A DNA stretch of 64,000 nt from Macrostomum lignano (taxonomy: Eukaryota). The stretch spans positions 62,001 through 126,000 of the forward strand of contig NIVC01002245.1 of assembly GCA_002269645.1 (NCBI GenBank), read 5' to 3'. The notes beneath the pieces were generated by a model. It ran no database searches, was not told where the DNA came from, and saw only the letters and a program-made list of their open reading frames with translations. Every line of letters begins with the position of its first letter. Position 1 is the first letter of the stretch. Made by a program: the position numbers and the translations under genes. This document shows positions 38,520 to 51,900 of this stretch, one piece after another.

Positions 38520-39490
38520 TTGACAAATTGCCTTAATTATAATATCTAGCTAAACAAATTGCCCCAATCAGAATATCCAGCTAGAAATTGCCCCAGTCAC
38601 AATATCTAATTAGAAATTGCCCCAATCAGAATATCCAGCTAGAAATTGCCCCAGTCACAATATCTAATTAGAAATTGCCCCAATCAGAATATCCAGCTAG
38701 AAATTGCCCCAGTCACAATATCTAATTAGAAATTGCCCCAGTCACAATATCTAATTAGAAATTGCCCCAATCAGAATATCCAGCTAGAAATTGCCCCAGT
38801 CACAATATCTAATTAGAAATTGCCCCAGTCACAATATCTAATTAGAAATTGCCCCAATCAGAATATCCAGCTAGAAATTGCCCCAGTCACAATATCTAAT
38901 TAAAAATTGCCCCAATCAGAATATCCAGCTAGAAATTGCCCCAGTCACAATATCTAATTAGAAATTGCCCCAATCAGAATATCCAGCTAGAAATTGCCCC
39001 AGTCACAATATCTAATTAGAAATTGCCCCAGTCACAATATCTAATTAGAAATTGCCCCAATCAGAATATCCAGCTAGAAATTGCCCCAGTCACAATATCT
39101 AATTAAAAATTGCCCCAATCAGAATATCCAGCTAGAAATTGCCCCAGTCACAATATCTAATTAGAAATTGCCCCAATCAGAATATCCAGCTAGAAATTGC
39201 CCCAGTCACAATATCTAATTAGAAATTGCCCCAATCAGAATATCCAGCTAGAAATTGCCCCAGTCACAATATCCAATTAGACCAATTGCCCCAGTCACAG
39301 TATCCAGCTAAACAAATTGCCCTCGTCACAATATCCAGCTAAACAAATTGCCCTCGTCACAATATCCAGCTAAACAAATTGCCCTTGTCACAATATCTAG
39401 TTAGACAAATTGCCCAGTCACAATATCCAGTTAGACAAATTGCCCAGTCACAATATCCAGCTAGACAAATCACTCAGTCAGAATATCCAA
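38520..39490. repeat. 29-bp minisatellite with two mostly alternating variants
   Basis: AATTGCCCCAGTCACAATATCTAATTAGA and AATTGCCCCAATCAGAATATCCAGCTAGA. Confidence 0.93.
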
Positions 39491-39657
39491 TTAGAAAAAT
39501 TCAAATTTCAATTTGTAAACATGGAGTCTGCAGACTTCTGCAACTTCTGTGGTTCAGAGAGGCTTTCAATTTGGTATCTTAAGTTTGAACTCAAGACACA
39601 GATAGCCTTATTGCAATTACAATTGTCTCAGTTTTTCCATTTGATTCAGAGTCTGCT

Positions 39658-42650
39658 ATGTCTGCTGCCAAGTCAGAGGCGCAGGCAACCAGTGGTGATT
39701 CACCTGCACCTGTGGTGATCTGTGGCGCTGGCATCATCGGGTGCTCGGTGGCCTACTACCTGGCCAAGCGGGGAGTGCGCAGCATCCTGCTGGAGCGAGT
39801 ATCCGTTGCTAGCGCCGCCTCTGGCAAGGCTGGCGGCTTCCTCGCCCTGGACTGGTGCAGTGGAGCGCTGAACAGCCTGGCCCGGGAGAGCTTCCGGTTG
39901 CATGAGGAACTGGCCAGCGAGCTGGGGGCCGATGTCATTGACTACCGGTGCGCTGGTGGGGCTGTGGTGCATTGCCATGGAAACTGCAGTGTGGGTGGAG
40001 TGCGTGGATAGAATGGATTGCTAATCTAGCCTATGATGGATGTAGGAATAGAATGGATTGCTAATCTAGCCTATCATGGATGCAGGAATAGAATGGATTG
40101 CTAACCTAGCCAACATCTATGAAGGAATAGAATGGATTGCTAATCTAGCCTATCATGGATGCAGGAATACAATGGATTGTTAATCTAGCCTATCATGAGT
40201 GCAGGAACAAAATGGATTGCTAATCTAGCCAACATCAATGAAGGAATAGAATGGATTGCTAATCTAGCCAACATCAATGAAGGAATAGAATGGATTGCTA
40301 ATCTAGCCAACATCAATGAAGGAATAGAATGGATTGCTAATCTAGCCAACATCTATGAAGGAATAGAATGGATTGCTAATCTAGTTAACATCCAAGAATT
40401 CCGCCTCACCCTCCTGTGCAGCCGTCTCGACACACTTTCTGTCGTGTTCGGCAACTCCAGCCAATCGCACAGCGGCGCCTCCGACCTGCCCGACTGGGTG
40501 ACCGGCCGGGTGACCGAGTGCGGCCTGCTGGGCAGTCAGAGCAGCACCGCGCAGGTGCACCCGGGCAAGCTGACAGCCGCCCTCGCACGCAAAACTGCCG
40601 AGCTGGTTGGCTCGGAGGTAAGAGAAGAACTAGCTTTATTTCGGGATAAGGTTGTGGCGCCATTCTTTTATTAAATTGTGGCGCCATTCTTTCATTGAAT
40701 TGTGGCGCCATTCTTTCATTAAATTGTGGCGCCATTCTTTCATTGAATTGTGGCGCCATTCTTTCATTAAATTGCGGCGCTTTTCTTTGATTGAATTGTG
40801 GCGCCATTCTTTCATTAAATTGCGGCGCTTTTCTTTGATTGAATTGTGGCGCCATTCTTTCATTAAATCGCGGCGCTTTTCTTTGATTGAATTGTGGCGC
40901 CATTCTTTCATTAAATCGCGGCGCTTTTCTTTCATTGAATTGTGGCGCCATTCTTTGATTGGATTGTGGCGCCATTCTTTCATTAAATTTTAGCGCCATT
41001 TTTCATTATTTGTGGCGCTTTTTTAGTTACTTGTGGCGCAATCCTATAATTGAATTGTGGCGCCATTCACTCAGGTTCGCATTGCCACTGTGACGGGCCT
41101 GCAGTGGTCCTCGGAGCCGGACCCGGCCACCGGCCAGTTCCGCGTCAGTCACGTGCTCGTGTCCGGCGGCCAGCCGCCCATCGCCTGCTCGACCGTGGTG
41201 CTGGCCATGGGCCCGTGGACGGACGCCGGGCTCGCGTGGCTCAGCCAGCCAACCGGGCAGGTGCGCGGCTACCGGGCCCACTCGCTGGTGGTGCAGCCGG
41301 CAGAGCCGGTCTCGCCGCACGCCCTGTTCACCCAGATGGACGCCGGCCGGGCGTCGCCGGAGTTCTATCCGAGGCCGGACGGCACCGTCTACGTCTGCGG
41401 CTTGGGCGACGACCCGCCGCTGCCCGACTCCTCCGATTTGGTACGTGTGTGGCACCAGTTGCAGTTTAATCAGGAATTATTAGAATGATTAGATTGAAAT
41501 TCTTCAACGTTAAACTTCTACTTAAAGTAGATATTCTGAAAATTGATAGTTTTTCAAAGTTTTTTGCTAACTAATTTTAACTGGCTGTAGTTTAAGTTTT
41601 AAGGCTCTTAACGACAACTGTCTGTGACCTGGAACTCACCTGAATTTCAACTATCAGACGCCTAAAATATAGCTATCAAAAACACCTGATGCCTAGCTGT
41701 CAGACACCTGACGCCTAGCTGTCAAAAACACCTGACGCCTAGCTGTCAAAAACACCTGACACCTAGCTGTCAAAGACACCTGACGCCTAGCTGTCAAAGA
41801 CACCTGACACCTAGCTGTCAAAGACACCTGACACCTAGCTGTCAAAGACACCTAACGCCTAGCTGTCAAAGACACCTGACGCCTAGCTGTCAAAGACACC
41901 TGACACCTAGCTGTCAAAGACACCTGACGCCTAGCTGTCAAAGACACCTGACGCCTAGCTGTCAAAGACACCTGACGCCTAGCTGTCAAAGACACCTGAC
42001 GCCTAGCTATCAAAAACACCTGACGCCTAGCTGTCAGATACCTGACGCCTAGCTATCAAAAACACCTGACGCCTAGCTATCAAAAACACCTGACGCCTAG
42101 CTGTCAAAGACACCTGACACGTAGCTGTCAAAGACACCTGAGACCTAGCTGCCAAAGACACCTGACACTTAGCTGTCAGACACCTGACAACTAGCTGTCA
42201 AAGACACCTGACACGTAGCTGTCAAAGACACCCGAGACCTAGCTGTCAAAGACACCTGACAACTAGCTGTCAAAGACACCTGACACGTAGCTGTCAAAGA
42301 CACCCGAGACCTAGCTGTCAAAGACACCTGACACGTAGCTTTCGAAATTCCCGATGTTCCCGCAGGTGAAGCCAGACGAGAAGCGCAGCGACCGCCTGTG
42401 GCGCCTGGCAGCCGCCTGCTCAGACCGGCTGGGTCGCGGGCGCCTCCTGGCCCGCCAGGCCTGCTACCTGCCTCTGGCCGAGCGCGGCCTGCCACTGATC
42501 GGCCGGGCGCCCGGCAAGCACAACGCTTTTGTAGCGGCCGGACACAGCTGTTGGGGCATTCTGAACGGCCCGGCCACTGGCCGAATGCTGGCCGACCTTA
42601 TTTTGGACGGTCGGTGCGGTTTTATAGACCACCGGCCGTTCGCCTTCTGA
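39658..42650 (+). CDS. FAD-dependent oxidoreductase, DAO family (yeast TDA3-like), 378 aa
   Basis: Exons 39658-39947, 40422-40617, 41075-41440 and 42366-42650, phase-consistent. VVICGAGIIG Rossmann motif; AASGKAGGFLALDWC; AQVHP; YPRPDGTVYVCG; PLIG..AAGHSCWGILNGPATG. Confidence 0.9.
40008..40395. repeat. About 39-bp intronic tandem repeat
   Basis: AATAGAATGGATTGCTAATCTAGCCAACATCAATGAAGG. Confidence 0.88.
40650..41070. repeat. 25-bp intronic tandem repeat
   Basis: ATTGTGGCGCCATTCTTTCATTGAA-type units. Confidence 0.9.
41670..42340. repeat. 24-bp intronic tandem repeat
   Basis: GACACCTGACGCCTAGCTGTCAAA. Confidence 0.92.
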
Positions 42651-42814
42651 GCATGCCGGTTTTATGTTTTTAAAGTATTTTATCGAGTTCTTCATGTACT
42701 TTTAAGCCTTAGTAGATTTTTCAGGTTAGAAATTATTTTTTTGTAATTGTCTCTAATGCGATTATTGCCTCTGCTTTGTGCCATTATGATATTTCTGCTT
42801 GATGTCTGCAAATA

Positions 42815-43722
42815 AGGGGACAAACAGTCCCAGAGATAAGAGGACAAACAGTCCCAGAGATAAGGGGATAAACAGTCCCAGAGATAAGGGGACAAACAGT
42901 CCCAGAGATAAGGGGACAAACAGTCCCAGAGATAAGGGGACAAACAGTCCCAGAGATAAGGGGACAAACAGTCCCAGAGATAAGGGGACAAACAGTCCCA
43001 GAGATAAGGGGATAAACAGTCCCAGAGATAAGGGGACAAACAGTCCCAGAGATAAGGGGACAAACAGTCCCAGAGATAAGGGGACAAACAGTCCCAGAGA
43101 TAAGGGGATAAACAGTCCCAGAGATAAGGGGACAAACAGTCCCAGAGATAAGGGGACAAACAGTCCCAGAGATAAGGGGATAAACAGTCCCAGAGATAAG
43201 GGGACAAACAGTCCCAGAGATAAGGGGACAAACAGTCCCAGAGATAAGGGGACAAACAGTCCCAGAGATAAGGGGACAAGAGTCCCAGAGATAAAGGGAC
43301 AAACAGTTCCAGAGATAAGGGGATAAACAGTGCCAGAGATAAGGGGACAAACAGTGCCAGAGATAAGGGGACAAACAGTCCCAGAGATAAGGGGACAAAC
43401 AGTCCCAGAGATAAGGGGACAAACAGTCCCAGAGATAAGGGGACAAACAGTCCCAGAGATAAGGGGATAAACAGTCCCAGAGATAAGGGGACAAACAGTC
43501 CCAGAGATAAGGGGACAAACAGTCCCAGAGATAAGGGGACAAACAGTCCCAGAGATAAGGGGACAAACAGTCCCAGAGATAAGGGGACAAACAGTCCCAG
43601 AGATAAGGGGACAAACAGTCCCAGAGATAAGGGGACAAACAGTCCCAGAGATAAGGGGACAAACAGTCCCAGAGATAAGGGGACAAACAGTCCCAGAGAT
43701 AAGGGGACAAACAGTCCCAGAG
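42815..43722. repeat. 24-bp tandem repeat with an internal palindrome, about 38 units
   Basis: GGGACAAACAGTCCCAGAGATAAG. Confidence 0.95.
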
Positions 43723-44446
43723 ATTAAGTAATAAGCAGTGCAGTAGTTGCGGCCAAGTATCCTGATTACTGATGCGACATCGCATTAATTTATATAATCT
43801 TTGCAGGCTCCTTTTGTTCATGTACTTTTTCTAAAAACACGAGAATAGCGTGAACTGCTGATTAATTACGTCACCGATAAGAAGTTAAACTACTGCCAGT
43901 ACTGTGTGCGGATATCTAATTAAATTTAGAATCCAACAATTATATACTATGCAGTGCAACATAATTTTGATTTCCTACGACAAGCATTTGTGTTGTTTAT
44001 TGCTTGATTATCGAGTTTCGCCGACCAACCCGAATATAGATTTATTAATATTTTGTGGCACCTTACTGTTCCAAGTGCCTGGCGTACAGTGAAGTACACG
44101 GGCATTACAGCGGCGCTGTGCATACAAATTGCCGAGCAAAGGGCTTTGCCCGCCCTCTGGCCAAATCACGCAGCCGCAGGCGGTTTGCAGCAGCTGCTGA
44201 TTTTATTTTATTCTGTTTAAACTACAAATATTATAGAATGAGAAGTGGAGGGAATGTGTGGGAGGGTGGCGGCTGAGTAAGCGGTTGCCATGCTCCAGTG
44301 AGCACTGTTTGTTTACTCTGGCCGACAAGTCAACGGTTTTGGCAAACACGCTGACGCAGCAGGTGGGGGGCTTTTATATTGGGCTGAGCCGCGGCGAGAG
44401 CTGGGCAGCTGCTCATCTGTGCTGGCTGAGAAACTGCCATCAAAGC

Positions 44447-44680
44447 ATGTGCCGCAACCGGTCCGACTGCCTGTCCTGCCTGTGGACCTTCCTGTGGCTG
44501 CTGGTGCTGATCCTGCTGGCCTGGCCGGTGGCATTCCTGCTGTTCCCCATCTTCCTGCTGCTGCTGCCCACCAAAGCCTGCTGCGGGCCCTGCGCCGCCT
44601 TTGTTGACCTGCTGCACCAGGGCGTGCTGCTGCCGCTGTTCTGCGCTGTCAACGCCATGGACGGCACGCCGATGTGCTGA
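44447..44680 (+). CDS. Small Cys-rich membrane protein (77 aa), function unknown
   Basis: MCRNRSDCLSCLWTFLWLLVLILLAWPVAFLLFPIFLLLLPTKACCGPCAAFVDLLHQGVLLPLFCAVNAMDGTPMC*; GC-rich, CTG-biased codons within AT-rich flanks. Confidence 0.7.
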   Translation: MCRNRSDCLSCLWTFLWLLVLILLAWPVAFLLFPIFLLLLPTKACCGPCAAFVDLLHQGVLLPLFCAVNAMDGTPMC

Positions 44681-45414
44681 ACGGCCTAGCAACAGCCTAG
44701 CAACGAGTGCTGTTACTTCAAATTAATAGACTGAACTAAGAACGGCTCGTTACAGTATGATTTTTAGCGTCTAATTTGTAGACTGACTAACTTTATATGC
44801 TTGTAATATTTGTATATTGTATAAATAATCACCGCCACTGGACTTGAACAATATAAAATTGAACAATAATTATTACAATTATAAATATATATGTATGCAT
44901 AAGTTCGAGGGCGGGCCGGGCTTTTATTGCACAAGCTGTACTACATATATTAACATGTTTTTTCGCCATTTCTCGGCCATGAAAACGCAAACAAATCGAT
45001 AGAAAAAGGCCGTCTGCAATAAAGAGGAAAAAAGCAGCTTATTAATCGTAAAACAGACCAGAGATTTCAATAGCTTCCACTTCGCAACTGGGCAACAAAA
45101 AGAAGCGACAGCAAAAAAAGCCAAACGAATATTGCGAGACCCAGACTTGCACTGCTAGCTACTGTTAGTAGAGCGGCGCAGACATGGCGGCTGCGGGCTG
45201 AAATATAAACATTGCTACGCTTTGCCGACCTCGCTGGCTTCGCAGCGCGGAGACTAGACTCTAACTTCTAGGAGCAAAAAATTTAATGACTTGAATCGAA
45301 TAATAGGCTGAATTGAACGCGGAACCACAAAGCGGTGCTGCTGGGGGAAAACGTGGGGGGGGGGTATCAAAAATATCAACATCGAAGCTGATGGACACGA
45401 CATAAAAATTGATT

Positions 45415-45745
45415 CGTGAATGATCTAGTTTTGAATCGGTCATTGCCCTCTAAAAATATAGCTTTGAATCTGTCATTGCCCTCTAAAAATCTAGTTTTGA
45501 ATCGGTCATTGCCCTCTAAAAATTTAGTTTTGAGTCGGTCATTGCCCTCTGAAAATATAGCTTTGAATCGGTCATTGCCCTCTAAAAATTTAGTTTTGAA
45601 TCGGTCATTGCCCTCTAAAATTTAGTTTTGAATCGGTCATTACCCTCTAAAATTTAGTTTTGAATCGGTCATTGCCCTCCAGTAATTTAGCTTTGAATCG
45701 GTCATTGCCCTCTAAAATTTAGTTTTGAATCGGTCATTGCCCTCT
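45415..45745. repeat. About 32-bp tandem repeat
   Basis: TAGTTTTGAATCGGTCATTGCCCTCTAAAAAT. Confidence 0.9.
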
Positions 45746-45984
45746 AATAGTCTAGAGTTCGCATTTCAATGCGGCACAAAAACATGGCGGTCCGACTACT
45801 GAGCTATAGCTACAGGTGCACACCATAGAAACGCGGACACAAAGGCTGGTAGCGGCAACAACAGCTAACAATAGTATTTGATTTAACAATAATTATTACA
45901 ACGATTAAGAGAATCATTGATCAATAAAATCACTGCGTACATATGCCAGTGAGTGTAAAACAATAAGCTAGACATCCATTGAGA

Positions 45985-48900
45985 TCAATAGAGACCGCAG
46001 CCGCGCAGGTTATTAGCGATGATGACGTCAGTGACGGCGTCGAACACGAACTGGATGTTGTTGGTGTCGGTGGCGCAGGTCTGGTGACAGTAAATCTCCT
46101 TGTTCGGCGACTTGTTCTTGGCCTCGAATTGGGCCTGAATGTAGGCGGCGGCCTCTTCGTACGTCTGCTTGCCTGCAGAGCGGTTGATTTAGGTAAATAG
46201 ATTTTCGATACATATCGGGTAAATAGATTTTCGATACATATCGGTTAAAACGATTTTCGATACATATCGGTTAAAACGATTTTTGATACATATCGGTTAA
46301 AACGATTTTTGATACACATCGGTTAAAACGATTTTTGATACATATCGGTTAAAACGATTTTTGATACACATCGGTTAAAACGATTTTTAATACATATCGG
46401 TTAAAACGATTTTTGATACATATCGGTTAAAACGATTTTTGATACACATCGGTTAAAACGATTTTTGATACATATCGGTTAAAACGATTTTTGATACACA
46501 TCGGTTAAAACGATTTTTGATACACATCGGTTAAAACGATTTTTAATACATATCGGTTAAAACGATTTTTGATACATATCGGAGAAAAGATTTTTGATAC
46601 ATATCGGTTAAAACGATTTTTGATACACATCGGTTAAAACGATTTTTGATACATATCGGTTAAAACGATTTTTGATACATATCGGAGAAAAGATTTTTGA
46701 TACATATCGGTTAAAACGATTTTTGATACACATCGGTTAAAACGATTTTTAATACATATCGGTTAAAACGATTTTTGATACATATCGGAGAAAAGATTTT
46801 TGATACATATCGGTTAAAACGATTTTTGATACACATCGGTTAAAACGATTTTTGATACATATCGGTTAAAACGATTTTTGATACATATCGGAGAAAAGAT
46901 TTTTGATACATATCGGTTAAAACGATTTTTGATACACATCGGTTAAAACGATTTTTGATACATATCGGGCAAACAGATTTTCGATACATATCGGGTTAAA
47001 TTTATTTTCGATACATATCGGGTAAAATGATTTTTGATACATAGCGGGTAAATAGATTTTCGATACATATCGGGTTAAATCGATTTTCGATACATATCGG
47101 GTAAATCGATATTCGATACATATCGGAGAAAAGATTTTTGATACACATCGGTTAAAACGATTTTTGATACATATCGGGCAAACAGATTTTCGATACATAT
47201 CGGGTTAAATCAATTTTCGATACATATCGGGTAAACTTAGCTTTAATGTATTGGCTAAAGTGAACTATATTACACTTACACCCTGTCAGAGCTGAGCTGA
47301 GTATTCAGCCAAGTCGATATTATATTATTTTGTTTAGTACCACGTAAAGCCAAAATCATAAACAGCGACTTACCGCAATATTCTGGGAAGCAAGTAGTCA
47401 ATGGCGATCGTTTAATTTTCTCTTCGAACAGATCTTTTTTGTTGAGAAACAAAATAATAGAAGTCTCCGTGAACCATTTGTTGTTGCAGATGCTGTCAAA
47501 TAGTTTTAATGACTCCTGCATGCGGTTCTAAAATTGTAGGGGAAATACAAGCTTAGCTTAACTGCATAAATTTATATTATAGCCTACCTATAGTAGTATC
47601 GACTACTTATATCAGACTTACAGTGGTCTCGTCCTCGTGCAGTACCTGGTCGTACTCGCTCATAGCCACACAGAAGATAATAGCGGTGACATCCTCGAAA
47701 CAGTGGATCCACTTCTTCCGCTCGGATCGCTGGCCGCCAACATCGAAGAGCCTGTTGGGGAGCACAAATGATGAAGGAAGAGGCTGAGACTAGGACCCTC
47801 TTTTCGTGCCCTTTGAGAAAATCTTGGAGATGAAGATGAGGGGACTATTCTAATCAACTTTTGTTGCAATGGAATCGGAATGTGAATGGTTGGGATTGGG
47901 ATGTGAATGGTTGGGATTGGGATGTGAATGGTTGAGATTGGAATGTGAATGGTTGGGATTGGAATGTGAATAGTTGAGATTGGAATGTGAATGGTTGGGA
48001 TTGGAATGTGAATGGTTGGGATTGGGATGTGAATGGTTGAGATTGGAATGTGAATGGTTGGGATTGGGATGTGAATGGTTGAGATTAGGATGTGAATGGT
48101 TGGGATTGGGATGTGAATGGTTAAGATTAGGATATAAATGGTTGGGATTGGGATGTGAATTGTTGGGATTGGGATGTGAATGGTTGGGATTGGGATGTGA
48201 ATGGTTGAGATTAGGATGTGAATGGTTGGGATTGGGATGTGAATGGTTAAGATTAGGATATAAATGGTTGGGATTGGGATGTGAATGGTTGGGATTGGAA
48301 TGTGAATGGTTGAGATTGGAATGTGAATGGTTGGATTGGGATGTGAATGGTTGGGATTGGGATGTGAATGGTTGAGATTAGGATGTGAATGGTTGGGATT
48401 GGGATGTGAATGGTTGGGATTGGGATGTGAATGGTTGGGATTGGATTGTGAATAGTTGGGATTGGGATGTGAATAGTTGGGATTGGGATGTGAATGGTTG
48501 GGATTGGAATGTGAATAGTTGAGATTGGAATGTGAATGGTTGGGATTGGATTGTGAATAGTTGGGATTGGGATGTGAATGGTTGGGATTGGATTGTGAAT
48601 AGTTGGGATTGGGATGTGAATAGTTGAGATTGGACTGTGAATTGTTGGGATTGGGATGTGAATAGTTGGGAATGGAATGTGAATTGTTGGGATTGAAATG
48701 TGAATAGTTGAGATTGGACTGTGAATGGTTGTGATTGTAAAAAGGATGAAACGGTATTCGAATAATGGATTAAAATGGCATTTAAACGATAATCATCTAG
48801 CAGTAGCTAGAAGCACCGAGTGCTCACTTGAAATTGAGATTCTTAAAGACGAAGTGCACTTCAACGATGCCGGTGGTTTTGACTCGAGTCCGCAGGATGT

Positions 48901-51900
48901 CCTGCTCAGTGGGCATGTAGGCCTTGGCGCCAAGCCGGTCCAAGTCGTCTAAGAAGTACTTGGCCGAGTCGTTGAGCTGGTACTCGTTGGAACGGCCGAA
49001 GCACTGCTGGACGCCGGAGTCCGCCCACAGGCGCTTCATCGCGGCCAGCAGCTCGTCTGAGAAGGGCTCCGTGTCTTCCATGCGGCCGATGACGTCGAAT
49101 ACAAGGCGAGAGTCCGCCTGGAAACAACAGGTCTTATTTATCAGAAGTCTAACGGGTCTATTCTTACAAGAAGTCTAACAGATCTATGGGAATGTCTAAA
49201 AGATCTATGGGATGTCTAACAGATCTAGGGAAATGTCTAACAGATCTAGGGAAATGTCTAACAGATCTATGGGATGTCTAACAGATCTAGGGAAATGTCT
49301 AACAGGATCTAGGGAAATGTCTAACAGATCTATGGGATGTCTAACAGATCTAGTGAAATGTCTAACAGGATCTAGGGAAATGTCTAACAGGATCTAGGGA
49401 AATGTCTAACAGATCTATGGGATGTCTAACAGATCTAGGGAAATGTCTAACAGGATCTAGGGAAATGTCTAACAGGATCTAGGGAAATGTCTAACAGGAT
49501 CTAGGGAAATGTCTAACAGGATCTAGGGAAATGTCTAACAGGATCTAGGGAAATGTCTAACAGATCTATGGGATGTCTAACAGATCTAGGGAAATGTCTA
49601 ACAGATCTATGGGGATATATGTCTAACAGATCTATGGGGATATCTAACAGATCTAGGGAGATGTCTAACAGATCTATGGGGATGTCTAACAGATCTATGG
49701 GGATGTCTAACAGATCTATGGGGATATCTAACAGATTTATGAGAATGTCTAACAGATTTATGAGAATGTCTAACAGATCTATGGGAATATCTAACAGATG
49801 TCACAAAGATCTATGGGGATATCCAAAAGATATATGAATTCAATCTAAGTAGATCTAGCAAGCTTATATGATCTCAAAGAAGCAGCATCTGAAATGTAGA
49901 CGAGTTTCACACCTGCCGCTCCGAGTCGCCATAAGAGATGCCCAGAGTGGTCATAGCGCGCAGTATGGCCACCAGAGACTGGATGGTGTTGCTGTACACC
50001 ACGGGCTTGTACTGCTTGTTGTCCTCCTGGGTGAAGCCGCCCTCGTGAATAATTCTGCGATGGTTGGATAAAAGAGGGCAATTAGTTTGAAAAAGGACAG
50101 AGTCGAAACAAGCCGGAAAATTTGTGTCGACATTTAAACATGCTTACTTCATCTGCTTGACAATTGTACTTTTGCCTGACTCTCCAGCGCCTGAAAGGGT
50201 TGGTAAGGTTGGCCAGTTATGAATATAATTCGCAGGAACAACGCCTTCAGCGAGATCATGGGCAATTCTGTCCAACTTAAAATCGAATTGGATTCTGTGA
50301 AATTTCGAGCTTGAGAAAGCGACTCAGCAGAGCCACTCCGCCTCAAGATTGTAGGATAGATTTGGGATTTCAGCTTCATAGTGCATTTCAAGCGTGCGTA
50401 ATTTCCTTTGTGGATTTCTAGGAAACGCTTCTGTGGGCCAATATGTATCGAAAGTATGAAGTAACTAAATAATATTGCTGTGTAACAGGCAACGCTCTGG
50501 CAGTGTGAAGAAGCCCCTAGAAGCAACAAGCCTAGCAAAGGAAGCTGGAATGAGAAGGAAGTCGAGAGAGAAAGGCAGTGGCGGATGGCAGCGTAGAATT
50601 CCCAATTCTAATTTTCCTATCCCGCCTTGGGCTGCGGAAATTGGCGCCAGGGGAAGGGCGGGTTAAGGAAGCGGCCGAAGAAGCCAAGGGCGCCACGCCC
50701 AGCATTAGTTGAGTAATATGCAAATATATTATAGACACCCACATACTCAGCATGTTGAATAGTGGCGATAAGCGCAATTAGCAGCGGAACTCGGAGTGCA
50801 GAAACGTGCACTGCAGATGCCATTGCCGATAGTAGGGGTTAAGGATACATTAGGCATGTAAGCTGCTGTAATGTAATGTATACAAGACATGTAAGCTGCT
50901 GTAATGTAATGTATACAAGACATGTAAGCTGCTGTAATGTAATGGAGACAAGGCATGTAAGCTGCTGTAATGTAATGTATACAAGACATGTAAGCTGCTG
51001 TAATGTAATGGAGACAAGGCATGTAAGCTGCTGTAATGTAATGTATACAAGACATGTAAGCTGCTGTAATGTAATGTATACAAGACATGTAAGCTGCTGT
51101 AATGTAATGTATACAAGACATGTAAGCTGCTGTAATGTAATGTATACAAGGCATGTAAGCTGCTGTAATGTAATGTATACAAGACATGTAAGCTGCTGTA
51201 ATGTAATGTATACAAGACATGTAAGCTGCTGTAATGTAATGGAGACAAGGCATGTAAGCTACTGTAATGTAATGGAGACAAGGCATGTAAGCTACTGTAA
51301 TGTAATGTAGACAAGGCATGTAAGCTGCTGTAATGTAATGTAGACAAGGCATGTAAGCTACTGTAATGTAATGTAGACAAGGCATGTAAGCTACTGTAAT
51401 GTAATGTATACAAGGCATGTAAGCTGCTGTAATGTAATGTATACAAGGCATGTAAGCTACTGTAATGTAATGTAGACAAGGCATGTAAGCTGCTGTAATG
51501 TAATGTAGACAAGACATGTAAGCTACTGTAATGTAATGTAGACAAGGCATGTAAGCTACTGTAATGTAATTTAGACAAGGCATGGAAGCTACTGTAATGT
51601 AATGGAGACAAGGCATGTAAGCTGCTGTAATGTAATGGAGACAAGGCATGTAAGCTACTGTAATGTAATTTAGACAAGGCATGGAAGCTACTGTAATGTA
51701 ATGTAGACAAGGCATGTAAGCTACTGTAATGTAATGTATACAAGACATGTAAGCTGCTGTAATGTAATGTATACAAGACATGTAAGCTGCTGTAATGTAA
51801 TGGAGACAAGGCATGTAAGCTGCTGTAATGTAATGGAGACAAGGCATGTAAGCTACTGTAATGTAATGTAGACAAGGCATGTAAGCTGCTGTAATGTAAT

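Noticed and set aside
42692-43821. CRISPR-like or coding interpretation of the palindromic 24-bp array
   Set aside because: No unique spacers, no cas genes and a eukaryotic context; the ORFs are repeat translations.
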